Made by a program: the position numbers and the translations under genes. Shown one piece after another: positions 10,803 to 21,628 of a stretch of DNA of 24,544 nt. The DNA comes from Ginkgo biloba (Eukaryota > Plantae > Ginkgophyta). Location of the stretch: positions 10,798,235 to 10,822,778 of the forward strand of contig JANKJI020000002.1 in assembly GCA_024626585.2 (NCBI GenBank), given 5' to 3'. The notes beneath the pieces were generated by a model. It worked only from the letters and a program-made list of their open reading frames with translations. It was not told the DNA's origin and did not search any database. Numbering within the stretch: position 1 is the first letter of the stretch; each line of letters begins with the position of its first letter.

Positions 10803-10928
10803 CTCTTGAGTAAGAACCTATTAGACTTNNNNNNNNNNNNNNNNNNNNNNNNNNNNNNNNNNNNNNNNNNNNNNNNNNNNNNNNNNNNNNNNNNNNNNNN
10901 NNNNNNNNNNNNNNNNNNNNNNNNNNNN

Positions 10929-11420
10929 TTCCCTTGTCAATTGATAACTACTCTATTAGTGAGGAATCCTAGTACTTCTCATTTGCATTCTTCTTCCCTT
11001 CTTTAGATTGATTCTTCAATTGTTAATGATCTACTAGACATGCACTAGCTATATCTGAGAGGTTATCCATTGATATATTTATGTAGGAGTATTAACAATG
11101 AATTCCTCATGTGTGTAGGAGAAAATTTTATTTTCTATGATTTTCACTAAAGTATTGTGGTGTTGAGCAAAGAATTGAATATAATTATTGATCTTTTTGA
11201 ACCACCACGACAAAATTTCATCGTAGAGAATATATTCTTCTATCGGTGTGAGTTCCTTTGAGATTGTCTTTATCATTTCTAATGACATCAATTTCCACTA
11301 TCGGATTCAATCCTTACCACTGATTGTCGGTGATCAATTCCTCTTTCATTGTTCATTACCACCTCTTCTTCCTTCAACTTTTGATGCCAATGGAGAGTTT
11401 TGGTAATGTAGGTTGATCAT
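10929..11420 (-). pseudogene. ORF-X copy 2 (5' part; truncated by the gap)
   Basis: WKLMSLEMIKTISKELTPIEEYILYDEILSWWFKKINNYIQFFAQHHNTLVKIIENKIFSYTHEEFIVNTPT*IYQWITS is homologous to copy 1. The ATG at 11420 is at the same PBS-relative position. Confidence 0.7.
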
Positions 11421-11421
11421 A

Positions 11422-11434
11422 GGAAACAACACCA
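11422..11434 (-). promoter_or_regulatory. Degenerate PBS, tRNA-Asp-like (family X copy 2)
   Basis: Minus strand TGGTGTTGTTTCC versus TGGCGCCGTTGCC (9/13, three C>T), 2 nt from the LTR end. Confidence 0.6.
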
Positions 11435-11436
11435 AA

Positions 11437-11925
11437 TCTTAAGTGTTTTCGCCTAGCGATGGTGAATAAATACTCTAACTAACCAACATATAGTAACGTA
11501 GATCATCCATATCAATCCATACATCATTCATTCACATATACCCTCATACTCAAATATCAGGAAAACCATTTACTCTTTTATATTATCAGAGGCATATAGA
11601 TTACCTACAAGACTTAGATTACATCTGAATGTTGTTGAAGTAGATTAGATCACTTGAGAGTTTCTAATTCACAAATACATTCCATAAGATTATATCTATC
11701 TCTATCCTTTTGGACAACTCTGTTTATACAAATCCTGTGACAGTTATGTTAATTATCGATGACAACTACCATGCTTTCATGTGTCACTCTATTGGTGACA
11801 TGATGTCAGTGGAGACATATCCTTTTGGCTGTCGGCCTTCGGGTGTTGGTGTTGTCAACCCTTGTCATTGTTGTCAGCATCCAACTTTTGTCTGTTATTG
11901 GTTGTAGACTTTCCTTCATCTAATA
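11437..11925 (-). mobile_element. 5' LTR of family X, copy 2 (~489 bp, mutated termini)
   Basis: Plus strand TCTTAA...TTCATCTAATA corresponds to TGTTAA...TTCATCCAGCA of copy 1. Shares internal blocks with copy 1 and has a TATA-like TATAAACA (minus) at 11721-11728. Confidence 0.65.
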
Positions 11926-12540
11926 AGGACCAAGATTAAGAATTAGTAGGAAACTATAGTCTTGTAGGAGATGGCTATCAAAACCTAAATGGATGAAGTG
12001 GTTGTGCTAATCATGGTAATATCGGGCAAAGATATTGATGTTGGGTCTCAAAAGTAAAAATATGATTCCTTGATGATGTAGGTAACTACATCAACAGCTA
12101 GCTTCTATATAAGAAACCAATGAGAAAGTAGCAGAGGCATTTTCCTTGTCAATCACCTTGTTAAAGCATGAAAGGTTCCTTTGGGAGGAGTAGGTTGATG
12201 CTTCTTGATGTATGAAAAAACCTCAATCTCTAATTAAGGAATTGGATCAAGCCTTATAACAGTTAATCTCGTTAGAAGGATCAATGGAAATAGTAGAGAC
12301 ATAGTCTTTAGATTCCCTATCCTTGTTATAACAATTTGAGTGGGAAGCAGTTGAAGTACACTCATAATTAAACTTAGCTAAAGTGTCACTATAACATGCT
12401 TTAGATTATGGATTAGGTCCATCCACTATAATTCCACTAGCTCTCCCTACAATAGTAGTGCTAGTAAGGAAATCATTGACAGTTGGTTCCTCCTCATAGA
12501 TCATGCCTACCTTGCCAATATCAATCATTCCATCATTGCT
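11926..12540 (+). pseudogene. Family Y extra ORF, copy B (coiled-coil-region fragment)
   Basis: RTKIKN**ETIVL*EMAIKT*MDE...LIKELDQAL*QL..SLDSLSLL*..EVHS*LNL..ALDYGLGPST. Clear nucleotide similarity to 20188-20810 and to the reverse complement of 7690-8225. Confidence 0.8.
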
Positions 12541-14668
12541 TTGATCCTGAAAGACATGCCTTTGCTTAGATATCTTCAGGGAGAGCAACAATAAGTTTGG
12601 AAAAAACCCCTACCTGGAAGTTGACAAAGCCCATAACTCTTGAAATCCCTACCATGAATACCAATTTTTGGTGCGAGGATACCAGTAGAAATTCAAATTA
12701 TATATCTCAAGACACTTCATTGATGAGGTGGAGNNNNNNNNNNNNNNNNNNNNNNNNNNNNNNNNNNNNNNNNNNNNNNNNNNNNNNNNNNNNNNNNNNN
12801 NNNNNNNNNNNNNNNNNNNNNNNNNNNNNNNNNGTTTATAGATTTCCTATTCAAGGAGTATAAACTTTTGCCTAGTGTATGAAGTTCCAGCTTCATTCCA
12901 GTAGGGCCTAGGGTATGTTTACCATATAGTTATGCCAAATCCCCAATCCTCTCAACTTTCACCTGCCAATAATCCATCATCGATAATGATTAATATTAAT
13001 GCTATATTAGAAGTGATCAATATGATTCTAGTAATGGAAATGATAAAAATAGTCAGAACTATCAAATCATCAGGTTCAATTAAACCTAAGATTATGACCT
13101 CTACATCCTATGCCGTAAATATGATGTGTTGTTTTTCCATCCCAAGGGAATGAGTGTTGGCATATTTATTATGGGAAGACCTTGCACAGTTACAAGAAAA
13201 TATTTTTATGATGCAACAATTGAAATTGGTCCCATTGCTTAACAAGGAGTTGCAAGAAAATACGATCCAACTAATTCCCTCATAGGTCCTTAATACTAAC
13301 ACAAATCTAGGAGCCTTTTTGTGGTCATGTACTATAGGAGTTGGTAGTGGATGGTGTCTCATCAATAAATATTATTCCACTTTATGTACTGGCTTGCTTA
13401 GGCCTAACTATATTGGATTTTCATTCCATAACTTTGGCCACCTTTTATTCATGACAAGTCTTCACGAAGGGGGTTATTACATAGGTGGAGGTAGATGTTG
13501 TTGGAATACTTCCATGGATTAATTTCATAGTGGTAGATATGTTGTAGCTCAATTCTTTTTCATTTCTATTGGGACAATCGTGATTAAATCCTATGAATGT
13601 AGTAGTTCTATGTAAGATAGGGTGGTTACAACTGAGTGCTAATGGTGTGGTTGCACATATTAATTAGAGTAATCTTAAGGAGTCAATGATTTGGGGTATT
13701 CCTCTTGCACCAAAGATGGATATCTCATAGGAAGGCACTATTACTCCTATTTATCCTCCTTGCAATTAGGATGGGTTCAACTTCCAGGCTTTTGCAAATG
13801 AAGATGACATTCTTATATGGATTTAGGTAGAACAAGACCCTTGTTAATAAAAGGAAATAATGATGATCTATACATAGGAAGATTGTGTCATACAGGTAAA
13901 GTGGGAGTGCCTTATGAAGGTTAAGTTGTTAACATCCTAATAAGGAAACACACCTAGGCTAGACTCTATCTTTAATATCGTTAGCATAGGAATATGCAAT
14001 GAGGATGTTTGGATGAGGTTATCTTTACATTTAGAGGAACCCATCCAGAGGTGGATCTCAGCCCAAAAGGTAGGCCAAAAGTGTTATATTTTGGGGTGTC
14101 ATGTTCCCCATGGAGATTGAGTAGTATGTGGCCCTTTATTGGGAGTTTTTTGACGTGTTTTCATAGAATTATNNNNNNNNNNNNNNNNNNNNNNNNNNNN
14201 NNNNNNNNNNNNNNNNNNNNNNNNNNNNNNNNNNNNNNNNNNNNNNNNNNNNNNNNNNNNNNNNNNNNNNNNNNNNNNNNNNNNNNNNNNNNNNNNNNNN
14301 NNNNNNNNNNNNNNNNNNNNNNNNNNNNNNNNNNNNNNNNNNNNNNNNNNNNNNNNNNNNNNNNNNNNNNNNNNNNNNNNNNNNNNNNNNNNNNNNNNNN
14401 NNNNNNNNNNNNNNNNNNNNNNNNNNNNNNNNNNNNNNNNNNNNNNNNNNNNNNNNNNNNNNNNNNNNNNNNNNNNNNNNNNNNNNNNNNNNNNNNNNNN
14501 NNNNNNNNNNNNNNNNNNNNNNNNNNNNNNNNNNNNNNNNNNNNNNNNNNNNNNNNNNNNNNNNNNNNNNNNNNNNNNNNNNNNNNNNNNNNNNNNNNNN
14601 NNNNNNNNNNNNNNNNNNNNNNNNNNNNNNNNNNNNNNNNNNNNNNNNNNNNNNNNNNNNNNNNNNNN

Positions 14669-16790
14669 TGAATACTCAATCAACTCTAGTAAAAGGATTG
14701 ATCATCTCACTTATTTGAGGTATTATTTTGAGTGGTTTCAGGCCTTTTCCATTTGTCTTCAGCCTCCAAAATGTATTTTGTGTACAACCAAATCTATATT
14801 ATTAAGTTGGAACATATCCATTGAAGGCATGGAACCTAGTCCTGATATCATCAAGGCCATTATCTCCCTACACCCGCCAACAAATGAATCAGATGTGGAG
14901 TCCTTAGTCTCTAGGAAAGTTTGGATATTATCTAAGATTGATCCCCAATTATGTTATTGTCTTATCTCCCATGAATAGTTTTCTCAAGAAGGGAGTTTAC
15001 TTTCAATGGATAAAACTCTATCAAGCATCTCTGGATAAGCTTAAGGATTTAGTCATCCAGTCCCTTATTTTGGCAACCTGAGACTAGTCCAATAGAGTTT
15101 TTGTTAATAACCGATGTTAGTGATGAGGCCATACCTACAATTCTCCTTCAATCACATGAATAAGGAAGAGAGCATCTAGTATAGTATACTAGGAGGAAAT
15201 ATACAGATCTTGAATCTCAATATTCACTGGTATAAAAGGAGGTCTTAGCCTTGATTTATGTTGCAGGTAAGATGCATAGTTATCTCATTTCTAACCACTT
15301 TAAGTGGTTTATGGATGTAAATCCTCTTTGCACCTTCTTGAATCAGGCTTGCTATAGGGACAAATTACTAAATGGATACTCATTTTTTTAGCGTTTGATT
15401 TTGACATTGTTACTAAGGAGTATCAAGGACATAGAATGGTCAAGGCCTTTGTTGACTTGGTCATCAATAATCCAACCCTCAATAGGTTGGGTGTTCTTGA
15501 ATAGGCCTCCTTTCTAAATGTTCAATTATTTTTTATTCAGGTACATGATATGTGTCATGCTGACATAGTGTTCTACCTCATTTTGTGAAGACTCTTCTAA
15601 AGAAGAAAGATGTAAGGTTAGAATTTAGAGTGGAAAGTATGCATGCATAGAAGGAGATTTTTATCATTGAAATATGGATGATGTATTGATTCAATGTGTG
15701 AATCAAGGACAAGCGCATGAAATACTAGAATAATGTCATGCCAAAATATGTGGTGGCCATTTTGCTAGAGAAAAGATGACAAGGAAGGCAATGCAGGCAA
15801 GATTATATTAGTCTATGTTATACAAGGACGTGTATGCAGTTACTAAAGTATGCAAGACATGCCAAATTAATGAAAAACAAGTGGTCTTATCCAACTTACC
15901 TCTACAACCCCTCATACCTTCAATTCCATTTGTAAATTGGGGTATGGATTATATTAAAGTCTTAATTTCTTCTTTATCTAGACATCTCCACATAATAACT
16001 GCGACATATTACCTCACCAAATGGGATGAAGAATCTCCAATTAGCAGGGTCAANNNNNNNNNNNNNNNAACTATAGTCAATCTCAACATAACAAATATTG
16101 TGTATAGGTCGGCATCCCATTTGAACTATTATCTGATAGAGGTACATATTTTTGGAGTGAAGTAATGAAAGAACTTAATGGTAGTTGGGGATTAAGCATT
16201 AGTTTTCTTCTTCATACCACCCATAGGGAAATGGATTGGCCAAAAGCACTAATAAAGTGATAATACATATTTTAGGTTGGATTATTGCTCAACATAATAT
16301 TGATTGNNNNNNNNNNNNNNNNNNNNNNNNNNNNNNNNNNNNNNNNNNNNNNNNNNNNNNNNNTATTTTTTCTAGTTTATGGGAAGAAATTTATCTTGCC
16401 AATTAATTTCGAGGTAGAAGCATTCAAAATGAATCTGGTAAACTATCAAGAACTAGGAAATATCATAAATTATCATATGATCTTTTCTATTAGTGTGGAT
16501 GAAGATAGATTAATAGTTTTCTGACACATTAAGGCACAACAGTTATAGCTATAGAGTTGGTTTCAAAGAAAGACAAAGCACTGANNNNNNNNNNNNNNNN
16601 NNNNNNNNNNNNNNTCTGGCTTTGGGATAAGATAAGTGAGAATAATCCAAATAAGTTTGATTCTCTATGGTTGTGTCTCTATTATATAAGTGAAGATTTT
16701 GGTAATGGGTCCTTCAAGATGATCACACTAGATGATCGATAACTCCTGCATCTATTCAATGGGGAGTTACCGAAGCATTATGTTACCTAA
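14669..16790 (+). pseudogene. pol: Degenerate Ty3/gypsy pol: RT C-terminus, RNase H and integrase; non-chromoviral OTA (Athila/Tat-like) type
   Basis: RT: DHLTYLR..LQPPKC..PSPDIIKAI..PPTN..LGKFGYYLRLIPNY. RNase H: TDVSDEAI..LLQ..YSLV*KEVLAL..ITKWIL..FDFDI. Integrase: CHAKICGGHF..CKTCQ..PFVNWGMDY..YLTKW..SDRGTYF..YHP*GNGLAK, then GPY/F-like KFDSLWL..FGNGSF..NGE..KHY. The RT-RH-INT order is gypsy, and no chromodomain follows. Confidence 0.93.
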
Positions 16791-16892
16791 GTGATGAACT
16801 TATTGGCATCACACCAGAATATGTACATATATACTTAAGTAACTAAGTAAGAAAATAAGAACCTTTCAAATAATAATCTTCTACATTACACC

Positions 16893-16901
16893 AAGAAGGG
16901 G
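16893..16901 (+). promoter_or_regulatory. Putative polypurine tract
   Basis: AAGAAGGGG ~100 nt after the integrase stop, followed by TTAA and TG (16906). Confidence 0.45.
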
Positions 16902-16905
16902 TTAA

Positions 16906-17843
16906 TGATTTGATCTAGTGTGTTAGTCTTGGTTGATGGTTCAATGCCCTCATCCCACTCAACCTCTTGGGAAGATTAAGGAAATGAAGGATAAGGTTAG
17001 GTAGTTGTGGATCACATCAAAAATACTTGAAAATAAAATTTTGTAGGGATCGGAGAAGTCAAGAAAAGGAGTGGCATTGCTAAAGAAATTTAAGATAGCA
17101 AGTAGTTATCACTATCCTGGCTCTAGANNNNNNNNNNNNNNNNNNNNNNNNNNNNNNNNNNNNNNNNNNNNNNNNNNNNNNNNNNNNNNNNNNNNNNNNN
17201 NNNNNNNNNNNNNNNNNNNNNNNNNNNNNNNNNNNNNNNNNNNNNNNNNNNNNNNNNNNNNNNNNNNNNNNNNNNNNNNNNNNNNNNNNNNNNNNNNNNN
17301 NNNNNNNNNNNNNNNNNNNNNNNNNNNNNNNNNNNNNNNNNNNNNNNNNNNNNNNNNNNNNNNNNNNNNNNNNNNNNNNNNNNNNNNNNNNNNNNNNNNN
17401 NNNNNNNNNNNNNGGAAAATCAATGTCCACCCCATATTCCCTTCCCTAGTAGAGCACGTCTTACTGGCCAAGTAATTAGAGAATCTTAGGAATGTACCTT
17501 CCCTTCCTTGGTTGGGTTGCCTCACATCACTAGGGACTAAGGAAGATGGATAATGAAGCATATGCATTCCTACACGCTAAAGTTACTATCATGAAATTAA
17601 GAGCTTTATTACCTACCTCCTCTTCATCTTGTCATAAATGTGTATGGGCAAAGATGAAGCATGGTATTAGACATCATTGTATATCATTCTTGGGATAAAA
17701 AATATTCTCATTACTTGATTTTCCATGATGTTAGAGAATAATAACGGTGATCCATGTGTAGGATAACATCGACAGAACGAATGGATAATCCTAATGAATG
17801 GTGTTACTTTTGATGGTTGGTAACAACATTCAATTTTCTCAAC
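16906..17843 (+). mobile_element. LTR of family Y, plus-strand copy (contains a 286-N gap)
   Basis: Starts with TG after the PPT. 17415-17843 is homologous to the reverse complement of 2968-3905. Ends ..TTCTCAAC, followed by a T run and a PBS-like motif. Confidence 0.6.
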
Positions 17844-17848
17844 TTTTT

Positions 17849-17861
17849 AGGCTTTGTTGTG
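17849..17861 (+). promoter_or_regulatory. Degenerate PBS, tRNA-Asp-like
   Basis: AGGCTTTGTTGTG is 12/13 identical to the PBS at 2349-2361 and lies just after the point where LTR homology ends. Confidence 0.5.
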
Positions 17862-17966
17862 ATATGGAGACCCTAGCTTGCCATGGTAAGTTTCTTAGAA
17901 GTGGTATAAGATTGTCCCTTAACTGATTTTGAGATCTTTTCCATTTAGAACTAAGAAGAATTATTG

Positions 17967-17970
<4 letters not shown>

Positions 17971-18010
<40 letters not shown>
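17971..18010 (+). repeat. (GA)20 microsatellite in the element leader
   Basis: Perfect dinucleotide run. Confidence 0.97.
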
Positions 18011-18012
<2 letters not shown>

Positions 18013-18068
18013 AAGTTTGGTCAAGTGTAATAGAGTTCAACCAAGTAGAGCAACAAAATTAAAAGAAG

Positions 18069-21000
18069 GTGGTTTTAATTGTTGAGTATTCCACAACCAT
18101 GGTGACTTTCCAAATGTATGAAGTAGTTGAAGATGACCTAAACCTATGGGTCAATGAATGGAAAAAGTTCATAGCTCAAGTTGATAGCAAGCACTCAGAT
18201 CCTTATAATCATTTGAAGTTAGTAGGATTAGCAGACATGCTCAATATGTCAGTAATCCACATGGATTACCCAACATCAGTCGAGATTCTAAAGCAATTTG
18301 AGATGGGTAACCTGCACATAGGGGAGATAAGGTTAGTTAGTAATGGCAAAGTGATTACAACTCTATTGGGCCTCCTATATTATGGAAGACTAGTGGACCC
18401 CTAGTTGATCTAATGGATTCATCGTCTCCGCTATTACTAACCCAACCAAGTTATGGGATGCTCAAATTATAGCCAAGATATTGGATTATGGATAAGTAAC
18501 AATATATTTGAGTGTGTAATGGGTAGCATTGATTTCCCACGTGGCCTTTAGGGATTCCTTCAATTGGGCTAAATGGTATGCATAATGATTTAATGATCTA
18601 AGCACCATGATTCAACAATCTAGTTGATATTTCCTGGATCCATCGATACTATATATAATGTAAATGGATGTAATTTAGAGGTTGGACTAGATAGAATCAG
18701 TAATATTTCCCAAGTGTGGGGATTATAACACCCTAGATAGATATATATAACATGCAGACGAGGATGGAGTGGCATCGATCTCCTCTTAGTTTTGCTTTAC
18801 CCAGATGCATGATTTGAATGATGGATTGGAGAATGTTACCTCATTGTTAGATTACTTTAAGGACTAGTGATCAAGAGTGGAATGGGATGATGTAGTGTGT
18901 GGATCCAACTTTTATCTCAAAGGCCAACCAAAAAATTGCTAGTTCATCACCTTTGGCCATTGGAGGGAGAGATTGAAGAGAAGATTTCTAATATGAAGAA
19001 GGCTATGCTATAGCTCAATCCTTAGGCCTATGTGATTCATGTATCCATTCATGAGCACAATGTTAATAAGCCACTCATCTCNNNNNNNNNNNNNNNNNNN
19101 NNNNNNNNNNNNNNNNNNNNNNNNNNNNNNNNNNNNNNNNNNNNNNNNNNNNNNNNNNNNNNNNNNNNNNNNNNNNNNNNNNNNNNNNNNNNNNNNNNNN
19201 NNNNNNNNNNNNNNNNNNNNNNNNNNNNNNNNNNNNNNNNNNNNNNNNNNNNNNNNNNNNNNNNNNNNNNNNNNNNNNNNNNNNNNNNNNNNNNNNNNNN
19301 NNNNNNNNNNNNNNNNNNNNNNNNNNNNNNNNNNNNNNNNNNNNNNNNNNNNNNNNNNNNNNNNNNNNNNNNNNNNNNNNNNNNNNNNNNNNNNNNNNNN
19401 NNNNNNNNNNNNNNNNNNNNNNNNNNNNNNNNNNNNNNNNNNNNNNNNNNNNNNNNNNNNNNNNNNNNNNNNNNNNNNNNNNNNNNNNNNNNNNNNNNNN
19501 NNNNNNNNNNNNNNNNNNNNNNNNNNNNNNNNNNNNNNNNNNNNNNNNNNNNNNNNNNNNNNNNNNNNNNNNNNNNNNNNNNNNNNNNNNNNNNNNNNNN
19601 NNNNNNNNNNNNNNNNNNNNNNNNNNNNNNNNNNNNNNNNNNNNNNNNNNNNNNNNNNNNNNNNNNNNNNNNNNNNNNNNNNNNNNNNNNNNNNNNNNNN
19701 NNNNNNNNNNNNNNNNNNNNNNNNNNNNNNNNNNNNNNNNNNNNNNNNNNNNNNNNNNNNNNNNNNNNNNNNNNNNNNNNNNNNNNNNNNNNNNNNNNNN
19801 NNNNNNNNNNNNNNNNNNNNNNNNNNNNNNNNNNNNNNNNNNNNNNNNNNNNNNNNNNNNNNNNNNNNNNNNNNNNNNNNNNNNNNNNNNNNNNNNNNNN
19901 NNNNNNNNNNNNNNNNNNNNNNNNNNNNNNNNNNNNNNNNNNNNNNNNNNNNNNNNNNNNNNNNNNNNNNNNNNNNNNNNATTGGTTGCAGACACAATGT
20001 TAACATCAGTGGCTTGAGACCCAAAAATTATGGCCTAGCTTGATCAATTAAAGATAAAACTTTAACTCCTTAAGGGAAATATCGGTGGATACAAGGCTTA
20101 ACTATAGGCTATTCAACAAGAGAAGGATACACTCAAGGTAGTGCCATCCATAATCATGTAAGAGGATAGAAAATAGATAATAATAAATAGGACCAAGGTT
20201 AAGCATGAGCAAGAAACTATAGTCTTGCAAGAGATGGCCATCAAATCCCAAATGGATGAGAGGCTACACTAATCATAATGATTGCTAGAAAAAATAGCGA
20301 TGCCAAGTCTCAGAGGGAAGAATTTGAGTCCCCAATGATGCAATCATCCACATAAACTAATAAATCTCAATAACTGACCTTGGAACAAGAATTCAAAGAG
20401 AAATCAATAGAGCTATTCATCTTGTCAATCACCTTTCCAAAGCATGCAAGGCTCCTCTAGGAATAACAGGCCAATGTTGCATGATGTATGAAGAAATTTT
20501 AATCCCTATTTAAGAAATTAGATCAAGCATTGTAATAGTCAGACTTATTAGAAGGATCAATGGTGATAGAAAATATAGAGGCCTTAGATGCCCTAACCTT
20601 ATTACAATGATTTGACAAGGGATCAGTTGAAGTACACTCACAGTTAAACTTGGTTGAAGTGGCACTACAATAATCTTCCAATTATGGAGTGGGTCCATCC
20701 ACTATACTTCTACAATTTCTCCCAATAGCAGTGGTGTGAATAAGGAAATCATTGATGACTCATTCCTCCTCATCTATCATGCCTATCTTACCAAAATCAG
20801 TCACACTATCATCAACACTACTACCAACACTAGTGGAGTGATCAACACTCATTTCAGCAAGCCCTTTGTTCCCACATATAGTGCTACCTCACTTTGGATA
20901 TCCTATTTATATGCTCATCATTTATCCATCACTACCATCCTCACTTACTCAAGTTGCACCTCTCCCGAAAGTACCTGCAACCCAAAGTATAGAAGTAGTA

Positions 21001-21231
21001 CTAAACTTGGATGTCCCTATCGTACACAATAAGGAGTTATACTCAAATAGGATGTATCTATATCTACTATTTGATAAATCTNNNNNNNNNNNNNNNNNNN
21101 NNNNNNNNNNNNNNNNNNNNNNNNNNNNNNNNNNNNNNNNNNNNNNNNNNNNNNNNNNNNNNNNNNNNNNNNNNNNNNNNNCTATAAATGAACTCAAAAT
21201 CATGGCGATGCCTTGGACAATTAGGGTGTAA
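18069..21231 (+). pseudogene. Family Y extra ORF, copy C (near full length, ~1050 codons incl. gaps): PMD-like N-terminus, helical/coiled-coil region, conserved C-terminal motif
   Basis: HLKLVGLADML..EILKQF..ITTLLGLLYYGRLV resembles the PMD 'v..llGLp..G..v' motif. Then GFIVSAITNPTKLW..FNWAKW..YFL, NVNKPLIS, KVKHEQETIVLQEMAIKSQMDE, NLDVPIVHNKEL and PWTIRV*. The domain name is pattern recognition, not an HMM result. Confidence 0.7.
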
Positions 21232-21239
21232 ATTTTTTA

Positions 21240-21628
21240 GAGCAAGTCACTTTATGCTTTCTTAAAAAATTCTCTGAGGGTAAATCATTGAATCTAATAA
21301 TAAGTTTCTTTCAAGAAATAAGTCTAGGAAATATTTTTTTCCTCCAAACATTCCTAGTCCTTATAGGTCCTAAGGATACAAGTTTACTGTCTCCATCTAA
21401 AGGCTTATCATCTAAAGAAGTGTTACCATCAATCACATTAGCATGTAAGAGTAAAATAACTACTCCCAACTAGTTAGTGCCGATCCACAATGCAAAAGTT
21501 ACAAGTCAATGTGCAACTTACAATGATAATTTCTTCAAAAATTAGAGATCATTTTCAATGGAACCCTCTACTAGAGTTTTTATGAAGACAATTAATAAAC
21601 TAAGTCCCCAAACCTCTTTGGTAGATAT
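21240..21628 (-). mobile_element. Possible heavily degraded L1-type LINE ORF2 3' remnant
   Basis: YLPKRFG/GLSL (21595-21628; cf. PKxxGGLG) and NVWRKKIFPRL..DLPSENFLRKHKVTC (cf. zf-RVT W..P....LPT...L.K). The spacing is too short, so an internal deletion would be required. Confidence 0.3.

Noticed and set aside
2364-11925. The two family X LTRs as the paired ends of one element
   Set aside because: Both are followed by a PBS and ORF-X, so both are 5' LTRs. They also differ strongly in length and sequence.
17839-18024. Signal-peptide-like ORF (LSLSLS...)
   Set aside because: It is simply the translation of the (GA)20 microsatellite.
19008-20043. Long ORFs in the six-frame track (also 5664-6485, 14009-14683, 17071-17567)
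   Set aside because: Artefacts of N runs translated as X.
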